A stretch of DNA of 63,989 nucleotides, filler included, from a bacterium (GTDB lineage Bacteria; UBA9089; CG2-30-40-21; SBAY01): assembly GCA_040757115.1 (NCBI GenBank). It is 5 parts of 5 records of this genome, joined end to end, with 100 filler letters (N's around TTAATTAATTAA, not from the genome) between each part and the next. Parts side by side here need not be neighbours in the genome. Positions count along the whole stretch, not along the records: positions 34,888 to 61,283 come from JBFLYA010000031.1; 4 more parts are not named here. One strand, 5' to 3'. Shown here piece after piece: positions 39,110-50,253 of this stretch (position 1 is its first letter; the number at the start of each line of letters is the position of its first letter). The notes beneath the pieces were generated by a model, which had not been told where the DNA came from, did not search any database, and saw nothing but the letters and a program-made list of their open reading frames with translations. The position numbers and the translations under genes were made by a program.

Positions 39110-39863
39110 GTAACCATTCAGCCACAGAGGCACAGAGTTCACAGAGAATTAGAGAAATTAGCTACAAATGGACACGAATTAACCTCTGACATTCGATAAA
39201 TGTAGTGCGAACCTTATTGCTTTTTCATAAATAGGTTCCTCTTTTGGGGAGAGCGATAGCAAGAAGAACTTTAATGTAAATATCAAAATGCAAATATCAA
39301 AATTACAATGCAAAATGCAAAAATACTTGTAAATTAACAAAGTAGCTGGAGAATATTTTGATTTTTGATTTGTAATTTTACATTTTGATGTTTGATTTTT
39401 AATTTATTTTATGGTATTCCAGAAAAGTGGAAGTTAATTTTGCAAAAACCATTAGGTTCGCTTTCCTGCTTGCCAGAAGCGAGGCTAAAGCCTCGCACTA
39501 CAAATCTTTTTATTCGTGTTCATTCGTGGTTAGTAACTATTCAGCCACAGATGGACACGGATGAAACACTGAAAATTCGTAATCCGTGTCCGTTTTCCGT
39601 GTCCGTAATTAGGCTGAAGAGTTTTTCTCCTTTTGACTTTTATCTTCTATCCTTCTTGATTCTCTGCCAGTGGAGGAAATTTCCACCCCCTAACCCCCGC
39701 CAGCGGGGGACAACCCGCCTCTGCCCTCTGCCCTCTGCTCTCTGCCCTCTATCCTCTGCCCTCTGTATTTATCCGTGCTAATCCGTGTTAATCAGTGGCT
39801 GAATAGTTACCGTGGTTATATATTCCCTCTGTGTTCTCTGTGACTATATCCCTGAACGGTTAC
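39110..39863. mobile_element. Outer MITE (TSD AAAATTAT) with nested elements at 39217-39451 and 39533-39810
   Basis: TSD 39102-39109/39864-39871; inner TSD CGTGGTTA 39525-39532/39811-39818; TTA duplication 39214-39216/39452-39454. Confidence 0.9.
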
Positions 39864-39944
39864 AAAATTATTAAAGGGTATCATATCATAAAATATGTCC
39901 TTTGTCAACTTTAAAAAATTATCCTGTCCATCTGGGCAAATCTG

Positions 39945-40300
39945 GGTGGTGTCTGAAAATAACTCTAATAGTGAAATCTATGCAGATTTGGTGTCCAAAA
40001 GGGATTTCCTCCAAAGAGCAAAATGCAAAAAGCAAATATAAAAATTACATATCAAAATGTAAAATTATCTCTTTCCTTTCAGCGTTAAAATACTTGAAGC
40101 AAAGATATTACCAAATTCCTCCAACTCTTTGAGAAACCTTGTTACTTCCTCTTTGAAATTTGATTTGTAATTTTGCATTTTGATATTTATATTTGATATT
40201 TAATATTTGCTATTTGATATTTATTTGTTGTCTCCCTTAAATCCTATTTTGCAGAACCCTATACACTATTTTAACCTTTATGCTAGATTAAGACACCACC
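39945..40300. mobile_element. MITE with GGTGGTGTCT TIRs, 8-bp TSD CAAATCTG, four-helix-bundle relic at 40065-40136 (-)
   Basis: TSD 39937-39944/40301-40308; relic FLKELEEFGNIFASSILTLKGKR*. Confidence 0.88.
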
Positions 40301-40312
40301 CAAATCTGCGTC

Positions 40313-40597
40313 CTATCTATGTCCATATTTTATTTCAAATGTAGAAAATTCTCCGGTATAATCTTCGTAAGTCATTTCAACATTTTTAACACTTGCCCCG
40401 GGAGGACCTTTATGGCACCAGGAGATGATTTTTTCTACTTGTGCTTCTTCTCCTTCAAATACTGCTTCTACTCTCCCATCCGGGAGGTTTTTTACCCAGC
40501 CATTAATTTCTAATCTTTTTGCAGAATCTTGAGTATATGCTCTGAAGAATACTCCCTGGACATCGCCAGAGATATAGAGATGTGCTCTTATGTTCAT
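40313..40597 (-). CDS. acyP: Acylphosphatase
   Basis: [21 protein letters not shown]. Confidence 0.95.
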   Translation of the reverse strand: MNIRAHLYISGDVQGVFFRAYTQDSAKRLEINGWVKNLPDGRVEAVFEGEEAQVEKIISWCHKGPPGASVKNVEMTYEDYTGEFSTFEIKYGHR

Positions 40598-40652
40598 AAC
40601 TTCATTACTTCCTAACTTCCAAACTTCGTAATTTCCTGACTTTTCATTAGAC

Positions 40653-41122
40653 GTAACTATTCAGCATACCAAGCAAGTAGGAAGTAGGAAGTAGGAAAGG
40701 GGGAAAATACTTCATACTATTTTACTCTTAATTGATTTGATTAAACCTATAAGCATCCTACTCACTTCTTCAGATATATCCCAAATGGATTGAAAATCTG
40801 GCAGATAATTAAGATCTTTAGATAGAATTAGATAATGCCTTTCCTACTTTCCTACTCTCCTACTTCCTACTTTCAGGAGGAAATAGTAGGCAAGTAGGTA
40901 GTAGGAAAGGGATAAAGGATGTGCACGGTATTCCTCTTTTGGGGACAATGTCTCCCCTTTCCTACTTTCCTACTTTCCTACTCTCCTACTTCCTACTTTC
41001 AGGAGGAAATAGTAGGCAAGTAGGTAGTAGGAAAGGGATAAAGGATGTGCACGGTATTCCTCTTCTGGGGACAATGTCTCCCCTTTCCTACTCTCCTACT
41101 TTCCTACAGGGTGAATAGTTAC
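40653..41122. mobile_element. Second copy of GTAGGAA/four-helix MITE, TSD CATTAGAC
   Basis: TSD 40645-40652/41123-41130; internal ~120 bp module duplicated relative to the 21063 copy. Confidence 0.9.
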
Positions 41123-41124
41123 CA

Positions 41125-42027
41125 TTAGACATATTTTTTATGAAGAAAAGGTAGTTTTTTTGAAGGAGTAATTAAGTTTTGAAGTAGATAAAGTCTCATA
41201 TCACGCGAGGCAACGGCAATATGTTTTGCATTAGGAGTAATATCTACTTCATAAACACTTCCTTTTGTTTCATATTTCCAGATTTCTTTTCCTGCTTTAT
41301 TAAATAAATAAACATAATTATTATTTACTCCCGCAGCTATAAATTCACCATCAGGTGTAATTCTAACTCCATAAATTTCTCCCCCAATATATTTTTTGAA
41401 GAGTAATTTACCCTTTTTATTTAAAAGGTAAATATATTTATCTTCGCCACCAGCTATAATTCGATTACCATCAAAGGAGATATCAACATCATAAACCTCG
41501 CCATTTGTTTCAAATCTCCATAACAACTTTCCGTTTTTATTCTGAAAGTAAATATATCTATCTCCACAACCCGAGACAATATATTCCGCTGCGGGTGTAA
41601 GTGCTACGCCACTAATCATTTGACTTACTCCATATCGCCAGAGGAGTTTTCCATTTATTACATCTAAAAGTCCTATTTTCCAATCAGCAGTGCCAACCGC
41701 AATATAATCTCCTCCTGGAGTAATAGAAACGCTATTTACATCGCCCCCGGTTTTATATTTCCATAGCAATTCACCTGTATTATTAAAGAAACAAACATCA
41801 TAATCACCAGTTCCAGCAACAATATAGTTCCCTTTATAGGTAATATCTACGGAATGTACCCATTGTCCAATTTCATATTCCCAGAGTTTATTACCTGTTC
41901 CATCTAAGAAATAAAGATTTTTATCATTGGCACCTACAACTATATATTTAGCATCATGGGTAATGGCAACACAAAAAACACTTTCTCGAATGTTATAACT
42001 CCATTTTTCTTTGACTAATTCTGGCAT
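41125..42027 (-). CDS. WD40/PQQ-like beta-propeller protein
   Basis: Seven ~40-aa repeats (V.IT.DG.YI..G..D..YL...G..LW); likely start MPELVKEKW. Confidence 0.85.
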   Translation of the reverse strand: MPELVKEKWSYNIRESVFCVAITHDAKYIVVGANDKNLYFLDGTGNKLWEYEIGQWVHSVDITYKGNYIVAGTGDYDVCFFNNTGELLWKYKTGGDVNSVSITPGGDYIAVGTADWKIGLLDVINGKLLWRYGVSQMISGVALTPAAEYIVSGCGDRYIYFQNKNGKLLWRFETNGEVYDVDISFDGNRIIAGGEDKYIYLLNKKGKLLFKKYIGGEIYGVRITPDGEFIAAGVNNNYVYLFNKAGKEIWKYETKGSVYEVDITPNAKHIAVASRDMRLYLLQNLITPSKKLPFLHKKYV

Positions 42028-42087
42028 AGATAGAAATTCCTGGTAACTATTTAGTGTGATAAGAAGATGGAATGTTGAGATTTTTCG

Positions 42088-42334
42088 GTAACCGTTCACC
42101 GCAGAGACGCAGAGAAAAAAATTAAAAACTATTTGTCATACGTTTCATTCCATCTTTGATTTTCATCAGAGCAAACTTTTTAGGATTGACATATCATAAT
42201 TGATTAACAAATTTGGTTTTGATGTCCTATGTATTACAAAGATTACCTCAATAATCTTTTCTGTGATCTGATTTATTTCTATGTCTTCTCTGTTTCTCTG
42301 CGTCTCTGCGGTAAATTACCACCTGAACGGTTAG
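42088..42334 (-). mobile_element. MITE with GxxExxY relic (inverted copy of 52457 element)
   Basis: GTAACCGTTCAC...CTGAACGGTTAG; flanks ATTTTTCG/ATTTTTCC; relic EINQITEKII...DGMKRMTNSF*. Confidence 0.75.
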
Positions 42335-42382
42335 ATTTTTCCTCTTCGCACCTTTTCATAACTGATTATCGAATATTCTTCC

Positions 42383-42743
42383 TGGTGGAGGCGGCGGGAA
42401 TCGAACCCGCGTCCGAAGATACAAAGACATAAGCCTCTACACATCCATTGTCTGAGATTTTAGTTTTCACTTCCTTAATCTCCTCTCAGACAGGATACAA
42501 AGGAAATTAGCTTATTTTTTCTCGCTACTTTTGCCCAAGCAAAGCAATAAGTAACCAGTCTGTTAAACTAACACCCTTAATAATTCTACAGACAAGAATT
42601 ATCAGGATGTGCTGCTAAATTAAGCAGCAAGTGCCAGATCGTAGTTGGCGTTTATTGGTTTTGCTGTCTGTTTAACGAGGCCTGACAGCACCTCGGGATG
42701 CAACCTATATTTTGTTTATCTCCGTCGAACCCTTTTCGCCCCC
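42383..42743 (-). ncRNA. ssrA: tmRNA; tag peptide (A)ANYDLALAA*
   Basis: 5' GGGGGCGAAAAGGGTTCGAC, 3' T-arm and CCACCA; tag ORF 42620-42649. Confidence 0.95.
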
Positions 42744-42811
42744 TTTTTTTTTTACCCCAGAGAACACATGTTTTAACCGAGGCTCTGATTGTTATATGTA
42801 TTTAGAGAGTA

Positions 42812-42896
42812 ATTACTGCATATTGTCTTCAGGGGCACTTTCTTTCCACCAGTTTAAGTATACCATATTTTAAGAAAAATTACAACTATTTTTTAT
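42812..42896 (-). promoter_or_regulatory. Duplicated smpB promoter/5' segment upstream of ssrA
   Basis: Direct repeat of 50686-50770; TTGTAA-17 bp-TG.TATACT. Confidence 0.7.
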
Positions 42897-42950
42897 CAGT
42901 TGGGTGTATGTAAAATTTGTGGATAACTTTTAACACCTCTATTTTTATCA

Positions 42951-43260
42951 ATTTCCTCCAAAGAGCAAAATGCAAAACTCGTTTATAGTGTATAGTTTAT
43001 AGTTTATAGTTTATAGTGTATAGTTTATAGTTTATAGTTTATAGTTTATGGTTTATAGTCTATAGTCCTTCAACTATCAACTATCAACTATCTACTATCA
43101 ACTATAAACTATCAACTATCTTTGCCAAAGTTCAGTAAAATTATCTCTTTCCTTTCAGCGTTAAAATACTTAAAGCAAAGATATTACCAATCTTCATTCT
43201 TCTGCAATTTCTGCCTGCTTTAGTCTGAGGTCTGATGTCTATAGTCTACTGTCTGAATCA
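42951..43260. repeat. Inverted heptamer arrays (GTTTATA)n/(CTATCAA)n within a four-helix-bundle relic element
   Basis: Flanks match the interior of the 35014/39945 element; relic at 43141-43190 (-). Confidence 0.8.
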
Positions 43261-43509
43261 CAGATTTTTTTTAAAATGCTTGACAAAAATTTAATTAATA
43301 TGCTATTATATAATCATAAGGGATGAGGAATTAAATCCCCCTTTCAATTGTAGATAGGAATCAGAAACAAGAGATATCGCTATATCTTATTGAAAATCAA
43401 ATGGTTATGTTAAATTTTTGTCTTTAAATAGAGGGGAAGTTCCGTTATAAGGATCCCCATCTTTACATATTATCAAATTCCCATCAGTTTTAGGAGACCA
43501 AACCTTAAA

Positions 43510-45099
43510 ATGAAACCACAAATTTTAATTATTGTGCCAAAACAACTCAATCTTGAAAAAGCTAATTACAACTACAACTTTCCATTAGGATTAGGCTATA
43601 TCTCTTCAATTTTAAAAAAAAATGGGTATAATGTAGATTGTATTAACTTAAACCATTATGAAGGGAAAACTGAGAATTTAGTAAAATCTTCTTTAAGTAA
43701 AAAAGAATATGATTTTGTTGGAATTGGGAACATTGCTTTAGGATTTAATTCTACCAAAATAATTATAGATAGCATAAGAGAATATAATCCTAAAATAAAA
43801 ATTATCATTGGAGGAATGATTATTATTGCTGATCCAAAATTAATGTTTCCTCTTTTAAATCCTGATTTTGGAGTTATAGGAGAAGGTGAAGAAACAATTA
43901 TAGAGCTTCTTGAGGCAATTGAGAATAAAAAAGATTTAAAAAATATTAAAGGCCTTATTTTTAAAGATGTAAAAGGAGATATAATTTTAACAGAGCAGAG
44001 AGAGCCTATAAAAGATATTGATTCTTTGCCTTGGCCTGATTTTGAAGGCCTTGAATATTTAGAGTTTATAGAGCATCTTCATCCTAATTTTGGGAATGCA
44101 TATAATTTTTTTGACAATCCGCGTCCTTACCCTATTTTAGGAAGCAGGGGATGCCCGTTCCATTGCACTTTTTGCTATCATTACAGCAATTACAGAGCAA
44201 AGTCTGTTAGAAGTATTGTTGAAGAGATTCGAGTAGCAATAGAAAAATACAGGATAAATATAATTGCATTCTATGATGAATGTATTTCAGTAAACAAACT
44301 AAGATTATTTGAAATTTGCGAAGAAATAAAAAAATTAAGAGAAGAAACTCCATGGAACTTAAACTGGATACCTCAGATGACAGTGCATAACATTGATGAA
44401 GAGGTTCTTAAAAGAATAAAAGAGTCTGGAGGAGCTATAATAAGCTATGGTTTTGAAAGTTTTTCAGAAAAAGTTTTAAAGAGCATGAGGAAGCCAATTA
44501 CGCCGCAGATGATTGAAAATGCTTTTTTAAAAACAATAAACGCAGGAATAGGGGTTCAGGGGAATTTTATTTTCGGAGATGTCGCTGAAACAAAAGAAAC
44601 AGCAAAAGAAACTTTAGACTGGTGGAAAAAAAATGCAAAAGGTCAGATAAACCTGGGTTTTATCCAGCCTTATCCTGGAAGCGAAATCTACAAGCATTGC
44701 GTGAGAAAAGGGATAATAAAAGATGAGGCAAATTTTATAAAAAGTCAGCTTTCAACAATGCATTATTACAACATGACTGAAAACATGACTGATAAAGAAT
44801 ATGCTAAAATGAAAAAAGAAATATTTAATGCAGTTGTAAAATATCATATATTTACAAAGCATAAAATAAAAAGATTGGTTGAAAATGTCTATGAAGTAAA
44901 TGTTAAATGCCCTTTCTGCCAAAAAATAATCACTTACAAAAATATTCTTATAGAAGATCCTATTTTATATGGATTTTGGCTTTATTGCAGAAATTGCCAT
45001 CAAAGATTCTTCATAGTAAGTCCTTTAAAAAGACTTTCATATAAATTTTACTCTTATTTAAAATTCTTACAAGAACGAAGGGATAAAAAGAAATACTAG
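43510..45099 (+). CDS. B12-binding radical SAM protein
   Basis: FPLGLGYISS, GEGEET, SRGCPFHCTFC, GFES. Confidence 0.9.
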   Translation: MKPQILIIVPKQLNLEKANYNYNFPLGLGYISSILKKNGYNVDCINLNHYEGKTENLVKSSLSKKEYDFVGIGNIALGFNSTKIIIDSIREYNPKIKIIIGGMIIIADPKLMFPLLNPDFGVIGEGEETIIELLEAIENKKDLKNIKGLIFKDVKGDIILTEQREPIKDIDSLPWPDFEGLEYLEFIEHLHPNFGNAYNFFDNPRPYPILGSRGCPFHCTFCYHYSNYRAKSVRSIVEEIRVAIEKYRINIIAFYDECISVNKLRLFEICEEIKKLREETPWNLNWIPQMTVHNIDEEVLKRIKESGGAIISYGFESFSEKVLKSMRKPITPQMIENAFLKTINAGIGVQGNFIFGDVAETKETAKETLDWWKKNAKGQINLGFIQPYPGSEIYKHCVRKGIIKDEANFIKSQLSTMHYYNMTENMTDKEYAKMKKEIFNAVVKYHIFTKHKIKRLVENVYEVNVKCPFCQKIITYKNILIEDPILYGFWLYCRNCHQRFFIVSPLKRLSYKFYSYLKFLQERRDKKKY

Positions 45100-45559
45100 T
45101 GCTGTGTCGCTACTCAATTGATGTTCCCCGCTGGCGGCGGATTAAGGGGGTGGAATATGAAATCTGAAATAGAAAAATGCAGCCCCCAATAATTAACAAT
45201 TGACAATTTACAATTAACAATTGACCATTATTTGTTAATTTTGTCAACATCAAATATTAATTGTGAATTGATAATGGCTAATTGATAATTGTCAATTAAC
45301 TATATTTGGACTTGTGGGTAACGATAAGACTCCCGCCAGCGGGGGGGATTAAGGGAGTGGAAATGAGAAGAAGAAAAGCCCTTCAGCCTTCAGCCTGATT
45401 ACAGACACGGATACCGGAGATGCCTCACCGATTTTTCCGTGTTTCATCCGTGTCCATCTGCGGCTGAATAGTTACGATTTGGTTTATAATTCTTCGTACC
45501 CTTCGTGTTCTTCGTGATTTTAAAAGATGTGAGGAAGGTTAATCTAATCGCACAGGTGG
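45100..45559. repeat. Cluster of nested repeat elements (AATTAAC/AATTGAT arms, CCCGCCAGCGGGG hairpins, MITE ends)
   Basis: Motifs shared with 39682-39710, 39533 and 7934 elements. Confidence 0.65.
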
Positions 45560-45585
45560 AAAATTTCATTTAATGAGGTAACTTA

Positions 45586-46371
45586 ATGTCTAAAGTAGTT
45601 ATTTTATGTGGTGGAATGGGTACCAGATTACGGGAGGAAACTGAAATTCGACCGAAACCATTAGTTGAAGTAGGAAATAAACCCATCCTCTGGCACATTA
45701 TGAAGATTTATTCATATTATGGATTTAATGATTTTATTCTTTGTCTGGGTTACAAAGGAGAGATGATTAAAAACTATTTCTATAACTATGAAATGCTAAA
45801 TAATGATTTTACCATAGAATTAGGTAACTCTAAAAATATAGAGATTTACAGCCATCATAAAGAAAAGGACTGGCGAGTTACACTGGTTGATACCGGAGCA
45901 AATGCCTTGAAAGGGGCGAGGATAAAAAAAATAGAAAAATATATCGATAGCGACCTGTTTATGCTGACTTATGGAGATGGCGTAGCTAACATCAATCTCC
46001 ATGAATTGTTATCCTTTCATAAGAGTCATGGTTGTATTGGAACGGTAACTGGTGTCCGACCGATGTCGCGATTTGGGGAATTAATAGTTAAAGAAAATAG
46101 AGTTATCTCATTTACAGAAAAGCCCCAGGTTTCTTATGGAATAATAAATGGGGGGTTTTTTGTTTTTAATCGAAAAATCTTTGACTATTTATCTGAAAAT
46201 GATAGTTGTGATTTTGAAATAGGACCGTTAGAACAATTAGCCAGAGAAGGCGAATTAATGGTCTATGACCTCAAAGGAGCATGGGAGTGTATGGATACCT
46301 TTAGGGATACTCAGCATCTTAATAATTTGTGGAAAAATAAAAAGGCATTCTGGAAAGTTTGGGAGGAGTAA
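45586..46371 (+). CDS. rfbF: Glucose-1-phosphate cytidylyltransferase
   Basis: LCGGMGTRLREETEIRPKPLV, TYGDGV, WECMDT. Confidence 0.95.
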   Translation: MSKVVILCGGMGTRLREETEIRPKPLVEVGNKPILWHIMKIYSYYGFNDFILCLGYKGEMIKNYFYNYEMLNNDFTIELGNSKNIEIYSHHKEKDWRVTLVDTGANALKGARIKKIEKYIDSDLFMLTYGDGVANINLHELLSFHKSHGCIGTVTGVRPMSRFGELIVKENRVISFTEKPQVSYGIINGGFFVFNRKIFDYLSENDSCDFEIGPLEQLAREGELMVYDLKGAWECMDTFRDTQHLNNLWKNKKAFWKVWEE

Positions 46372-46375
46372 AAAA

Positions 46376-46837
46376 ATGGATAATAACCAGATTGAAGGCG
46401 TGGTTATAAAACCACTAAAAAAAATACCGGATGAAAGAGGTTCTATCTGTCTCATGTTAAGATGGGATGACCCAATTTTTGAGAGATTTGGAGAGATATA
46501 TTTTTCTTTAGCCTATCCTGGAGTTATTAAAGCCTGGCACCTACATGAAAAAATGACGCTAAATTATGCGGTTATTCAAGGAATGATAAAACTTGTCCTT
46601 TTTGATAATAGGGAAAACTCATCTACAAAAGGTAATTTAATGGAAGTGTTTATTGGTGAAGAAAATTATTCTTTAGTTAAAATTCCACCAAAAATTTGGA
46701 ATGGATTTAAATGTATTGGAACAAAACAGACCATAGTGGCAAATTGTGCGACCTTACCTCATGACCCAGACGAAATTAAAAGAATAAATCCTTTTACAAA
46801 TGAAATACCTTACGATTGGGACCTAAAACATGGATAA
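46376..46837 (+). CDS. RmlC-like NDP-sugar 3,5-epimerase (cupin)
   Basis: PDERG, IKAWHLH, IPPKIWNGF. Confidence 0.85.
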   Translation: MDNNQIEGVVIKPLKKIPDERGSICLMLRWDDPIFERFGEIYFSLAYPGVIKAWHLHEKMTLNYAVIQGMIKLVLFDNRENSSTKGNLMEVFIGEENYSLVKIPPKIWNGFKCIGTKQTIVANCATLPHDPDEIKRINPFTNEIPYDWDLKHG

Positions 46838-47942
46838 ATATCTTAGACAAATATATGAAAATAGACGGGTGTTAGTTACAGGACATACGGGATTCAAAGG
46901 CGGATGGTTATCAGTATGGCTTACAGAATTAAGGGCAAAGGTTATTGGTTACTCCCTCCAACCCCCTACACAACCAAATCTGTTTGAATCTATAAATCTA
47001 AAAGATAAAATTGAACACATTATTGGTGATATTCGAGATGAAAAAAATTTGCTCGCTATCTTTGAAGAATATCAACCTGAATTTGTCTTCCACTTAGCGG
47101 CACAACCATTAGTGAGATTTTCTTATAAAGAACCAAAATTTACCTATGAAACAAACATCATGGGCACAGTAAACCTTTTAGAAGCAGTACGAAAATCCAA
47201 GAGTGTGAAAGTTTGTGTTATCATTACCAGTGATAAGTGCTATGAAAATAAAGAATGGATTTATGGTTATAGAGAAATAGACCCGATGGGTGGCTATGAC
47301 CCTTATAGTTCAAGTAAGGGGTGTGCTGAACTCATAACCGCTTCTTATAGAAATTCTTTTTTTAATCCTAAAGACTATGGGAAAATTCACCAGGTATCTC
47401 TATCATCTGTCCGAGCTGGAAATGTAATCGGTGGTGGAGATTGGGGGGAAGATAGACTTATTCCGGATTGTGTGAAATCATTTTCAAAAAATAAAACAGT
47501 TCTCATTCGTAATCCACACGCCACAAGACCCTGGCAATATATTTTGGAACCATTATCAGGTTATCTATTGCTGGGAGCGTTAATGTATGAAAACGGAGCA
47601 AAATATAGTAGCGGGTGGAATTTTGGTCCAAACGATGAAAGTATAATAAAGGTGGAAGAAATAGTTAAATGTTTAATTAAACATTGGGGTAGCGGCGACT
47701 ATCAAATAGACACTTCAAATGTCACTCAACCTCATGAAGCCAGCCTCTTAAAATTGGATATAAGTAAAGTTCGTGCTTTACTTGGTTGGAAACCTATTTA
47801 TCATATCTATGAATCACTTGAAAAAACTATTATGTGGTATAAAAGTTTTTACAATGATGTTGGTCTGGAAAAGTTGTATGAAATTACAGTCCAGGAAATT
47901 AGGAACTACATAAACTCTATAAATAGGAAGGAATTAAATTAA
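46830..47942 (+). CDS. rfbG: CDP-glucose 4,6-dehydratase
   Basis: [37 protein letters not shown]. Confidence 0.95.
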   Translation: MDKYLRQIYENRRVLVTGHTGFKGGWLSVWLTELRAKVIGYSLQPPTQPNLFESINLKDKIEHIIGDIRDEKNLLAIFEEYQPEFVFHLAAQPLVRFSYKEPKFTYETNIMGTVNLLEAVRKSKSVKVCVIITSDKCYENKEWIYGYREIDPMGGYDPYSSSKGCAELITASYRNSFFNPKDYGKIHQVSLSSVRAGNVIGGGDWGEDRLIPDCVKSFSKNKTVLIRNPHATRPWQYILEPLSGYLLLGALMYENGAKYSSGWNFGPNDESIIKVEEIVKCLIKHWGSGDYQIDTSNVTQPHEASLLKLDISKVRALLGWKPIYHIYESLEKTIMWYKSFYNDVGLEKLYEITVQEIRNYINSINRKELN

Positions 47943-47946
47943 GATA

Positions 47947-49257
47947 GTGGAAAATAAAGATTTAAAAAGTGAGATTTTTGAGATGGTTACCAGGTATTAT
48001 GAAGAAAAACATAAACACAAACCATTTATACCTGGTAAAACACACATTCCGTATGCTGGTCGGGTCTATAACGAAGAGGAGATAATTTTTCTTGTTGATT
48101 CGGCTTTGGATTTCTGGCTGACAACTGGAAGATTTGCAGAACAATTTGAGAAGGAATTGAGTAAGTTTTTAGGGGTAAAACATTGTATTCTCACTAACTC
48201 GGGTTCTTCTGCCAATCTTTTAGCTATTTCTGCTTTGACATCTCCTAAGTTAGGAGAAAGAAGGCTTAAACCAGGAGATGAAGTAATCACTATAGCCTGT
48301 GGTTTCCCAACCACGGTGAATCCGATTATCCAGAATAATCTGGTGCCGGTATTTATAGATGTAGATATTGGGTCTTATAACATTCAATCAGATAAAATTG
48401 AAGAGGCTTTATCTGAAAAGACAAAGGCTATTTTTTTAGCCCATACACTTGGTAATCCATTTGATTTAAACAAAATAATGTCCATTGCTCAAAAATATAA
48501 TTTGTGGGTAATTGAAGATAACTGCGATGCTCTTGGCTCAAAATACAATGATAAATATACTGGCACCTTTGGACAGATAGGGACTTTAAGTTTTTACCCT
48601 GCTCACCACATCACTATGGGAGAAGGAGGGGCATTAATAACTAATGATACTCAGCTAAAGAGATTGATTGAATCTTTTAGAGACTGGGGTAGAGACTGCT
48701 GGTGTGAGCCAGGAAATGATAATACCTGTGGAAAGAGATTTTCACAGCAGTTGGGTAGGTTACCTTTTGGTTATGACCATAAGTATATCTACTCTCATAT
48801 AGGTTATAATTTAAAAATAACAGATATGCAAGCGGCAATAGGGATTGCTCAATTAAAAAAATTACCCTCATTTATTGAAGCCAGAAAGAAAAATTTTAAT
48901 TTGCTTTATCAAGGGCTAAAGAAATATGAGGAAGTCTTCATCCTGCCACAACCTACTTCTAATTCACAACCAAGCTGGTTTGGATTCCCAATAACCGTAA
49001 GACAAAAGGCTAAATTTTCACGAGCAGAGATTGTTAATCATTTAGAAAAAAATAATATTGCTACCAGAATGCTTTTTGGTGGCAATTTAGTCAAACAACC
49101 GGCCTATCAAAATGTGAATTATCGCCTTATAGATTCGTTAAAAAATACAGATTTTGTCATGGATAATACCTTTTGGTTGGGTGTATATCCTGGCTTAACT
49201 GAGGAAATGATTGAATTTATTCTTAAAACAATAGCCTCTAAATTGCGAGGGATATGA
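47947..49257 (+). CDS. rfbH: CDP-4-keto-6-deoxyglucose 3-dehydratase
   Basis: [14 protein letters not shown] (His in place of Lys), [15 protein letters not shown]. Confidence 0.95.
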   Translation: MENKDLKSEIFEMVTRYYEEKHKHKPFIPGKTHIPYAGRVYNEEEIIFLVDSALDFWLTTGRFAEQFEKELSKFLGVKHCILTNSGSSANLLAISALTSPKLGERRLKPGDEVITIACGFPTTVNPIIQNNLVPVFIDVDIGSYNIQSDKIEEALSEKTKAIFLAHTLGNPFDLNKIMSIAQKYNLWVIEDNCDALGSKYNDKYTGTFGQIGTLSFYPAHHITMGEGGALITNDTQLKRLIESFRDWGRDCWCEPGNDNTCGKRFSQQLGRLPFGYDHKYIYSHIGYNLKITDMQAAIGIAQLKKLPSFIEARKKNFNLLYQGLKKYEEVFILPQPTSNSQPSWFGFPITVRQKAKFSRAEIVNHLEKNNIATRMLFGGNLVKQPAYQNVNYRLIDSLKNTDFVMDNTFWLGVYPGLTEEMIEFILKTIASKLRGI

Positions 49258-50249
49258 TGGTTGATTTAACTATATCGATAATTAATTTTAATAATGAAAA
49301 GTTATTAGAAGAGTGTCTAACATCTATTTATGAAACCGCTAAAAAGATTAGCTTTGAAATATGGGTAGTGGATAATTACTCAATGGATAACAGTGTAGAA
49401 ATGGTTCGAACTAAATTCCCACAAGTTAATCTAATAGTCAATCCCCACCATAAAGGTTTTTCTACCAATCATAACCAGGTGCTATCGCGGATGAACGGCA
49501 GGTATGCTTTAATCTTAAGTGATGATGTGATTGTAAAACCAAATGCCCTTGATTATATGGTCGAGTTTATGGATGAACATTCTGATATAGGAATATTAGG
49601 GCCAAAGGAGTTTTTCCCGGATGGAAGATTGCAAAAATTTCATTGTTTGGAAATACGCTCTCCCTGGTCTGAATTTTTAGAGGCATTTATGATTAGTCCT
49701 TTTTTAAGAAGGGTTTTTCCTGAACTAAGATTTCCAGGACAATTGTATATGTCTTCGCTCAAAGATTATAACTATGCTCATGAGGTAGCTTCTGTTCATG
49801 GAAGTTGTCTGATGGTGAGAAAAAAGATGTTAGACCAAATTGGGCTCATGGAAGAAAAATATTATTTCTATTATGAAGAACCGGATATATGCCTTCGGGC
49901 TAAAAAAGCAGGCTATAAAGTCTATTATACCCCAGATGCACAAATAATCCACTATTTTGCCGCTACCACTCGAAAATCTAATCCATTTTTTATGATAGAT
50001 AAATCTTTAAATGCCCTCCATTCTTTTTATAAAAAATTCTATGGTTTATCTGGCTCTATTTTAGTTGGATGTATTACCATTGCCTCTTCAATATTTATCT
50101 TATTCACCTTCCCTTTTGTCTATATATTTGATGTGAAAAAGAGAGATGTGATAAAAAGAGGTATAAAATCTAATTTACTGGTTCTTCATTGGTATTTTAC
50201 CTTCGGAGGACGATTCTCTTCTAAGAAGAAGAATGTGTATCTTGACTAA
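49254..50249 (+). CDS. GT2 glycosyltransferase (rhamnosyltransferase-like)
   Basis: [25 protein letters not shown]. Confidence 0.88.
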   Translation: MMVDLTISIINFNNEKLLEECLTSIYETAKKISFEIWVVDNYSMDNSVEMVRTKFPQVNLIVNPHHKGFSTNHNQVLSRMNGRYALILSDDVIVKPNALDYMVEFMDEHSDIGILGPKEFFPDGRLQKFHCLEIRSPWSEFLEAFMISPFLRRVFPELRFPGQLYMSSLKDYNYAHEVASVHGSCLMVRKKMLDQIGLMEEKYYFYYEEPDICLRAKKAGYKVYYTPDAQIIHYFAATTRKSNPFFMIDKSLNALHSFYKKFYGLSGSILVGCITIASSIFILFTFPFVYIFDVKKRDVIKRGIKSNLLVLHWYFTFGGRFSSKKKNVYLD

Positions 50250-50253
50250 CCTT

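Noticed and set aside
34987-40132. Short ORFs repeated at 34987-35202 and 39902-40132 (also 39392, 40921, 52191)
   Set aside because: Chance frames across MITE copies; the real coding relics are on other frames or strands
42383-42412. tRNA gene or prophage attachment site
   Set aside because: It is the tRNA-like 3' end of tmRNA; no duplicated 3' end or phage integrase is nearby
21137-43190. Complete diversity-generating retroelement suggested by Avd-like relics
   Set aside because: No reverse transcriptase and no TR/VR pair with adenine-specific mismatches seen in this window
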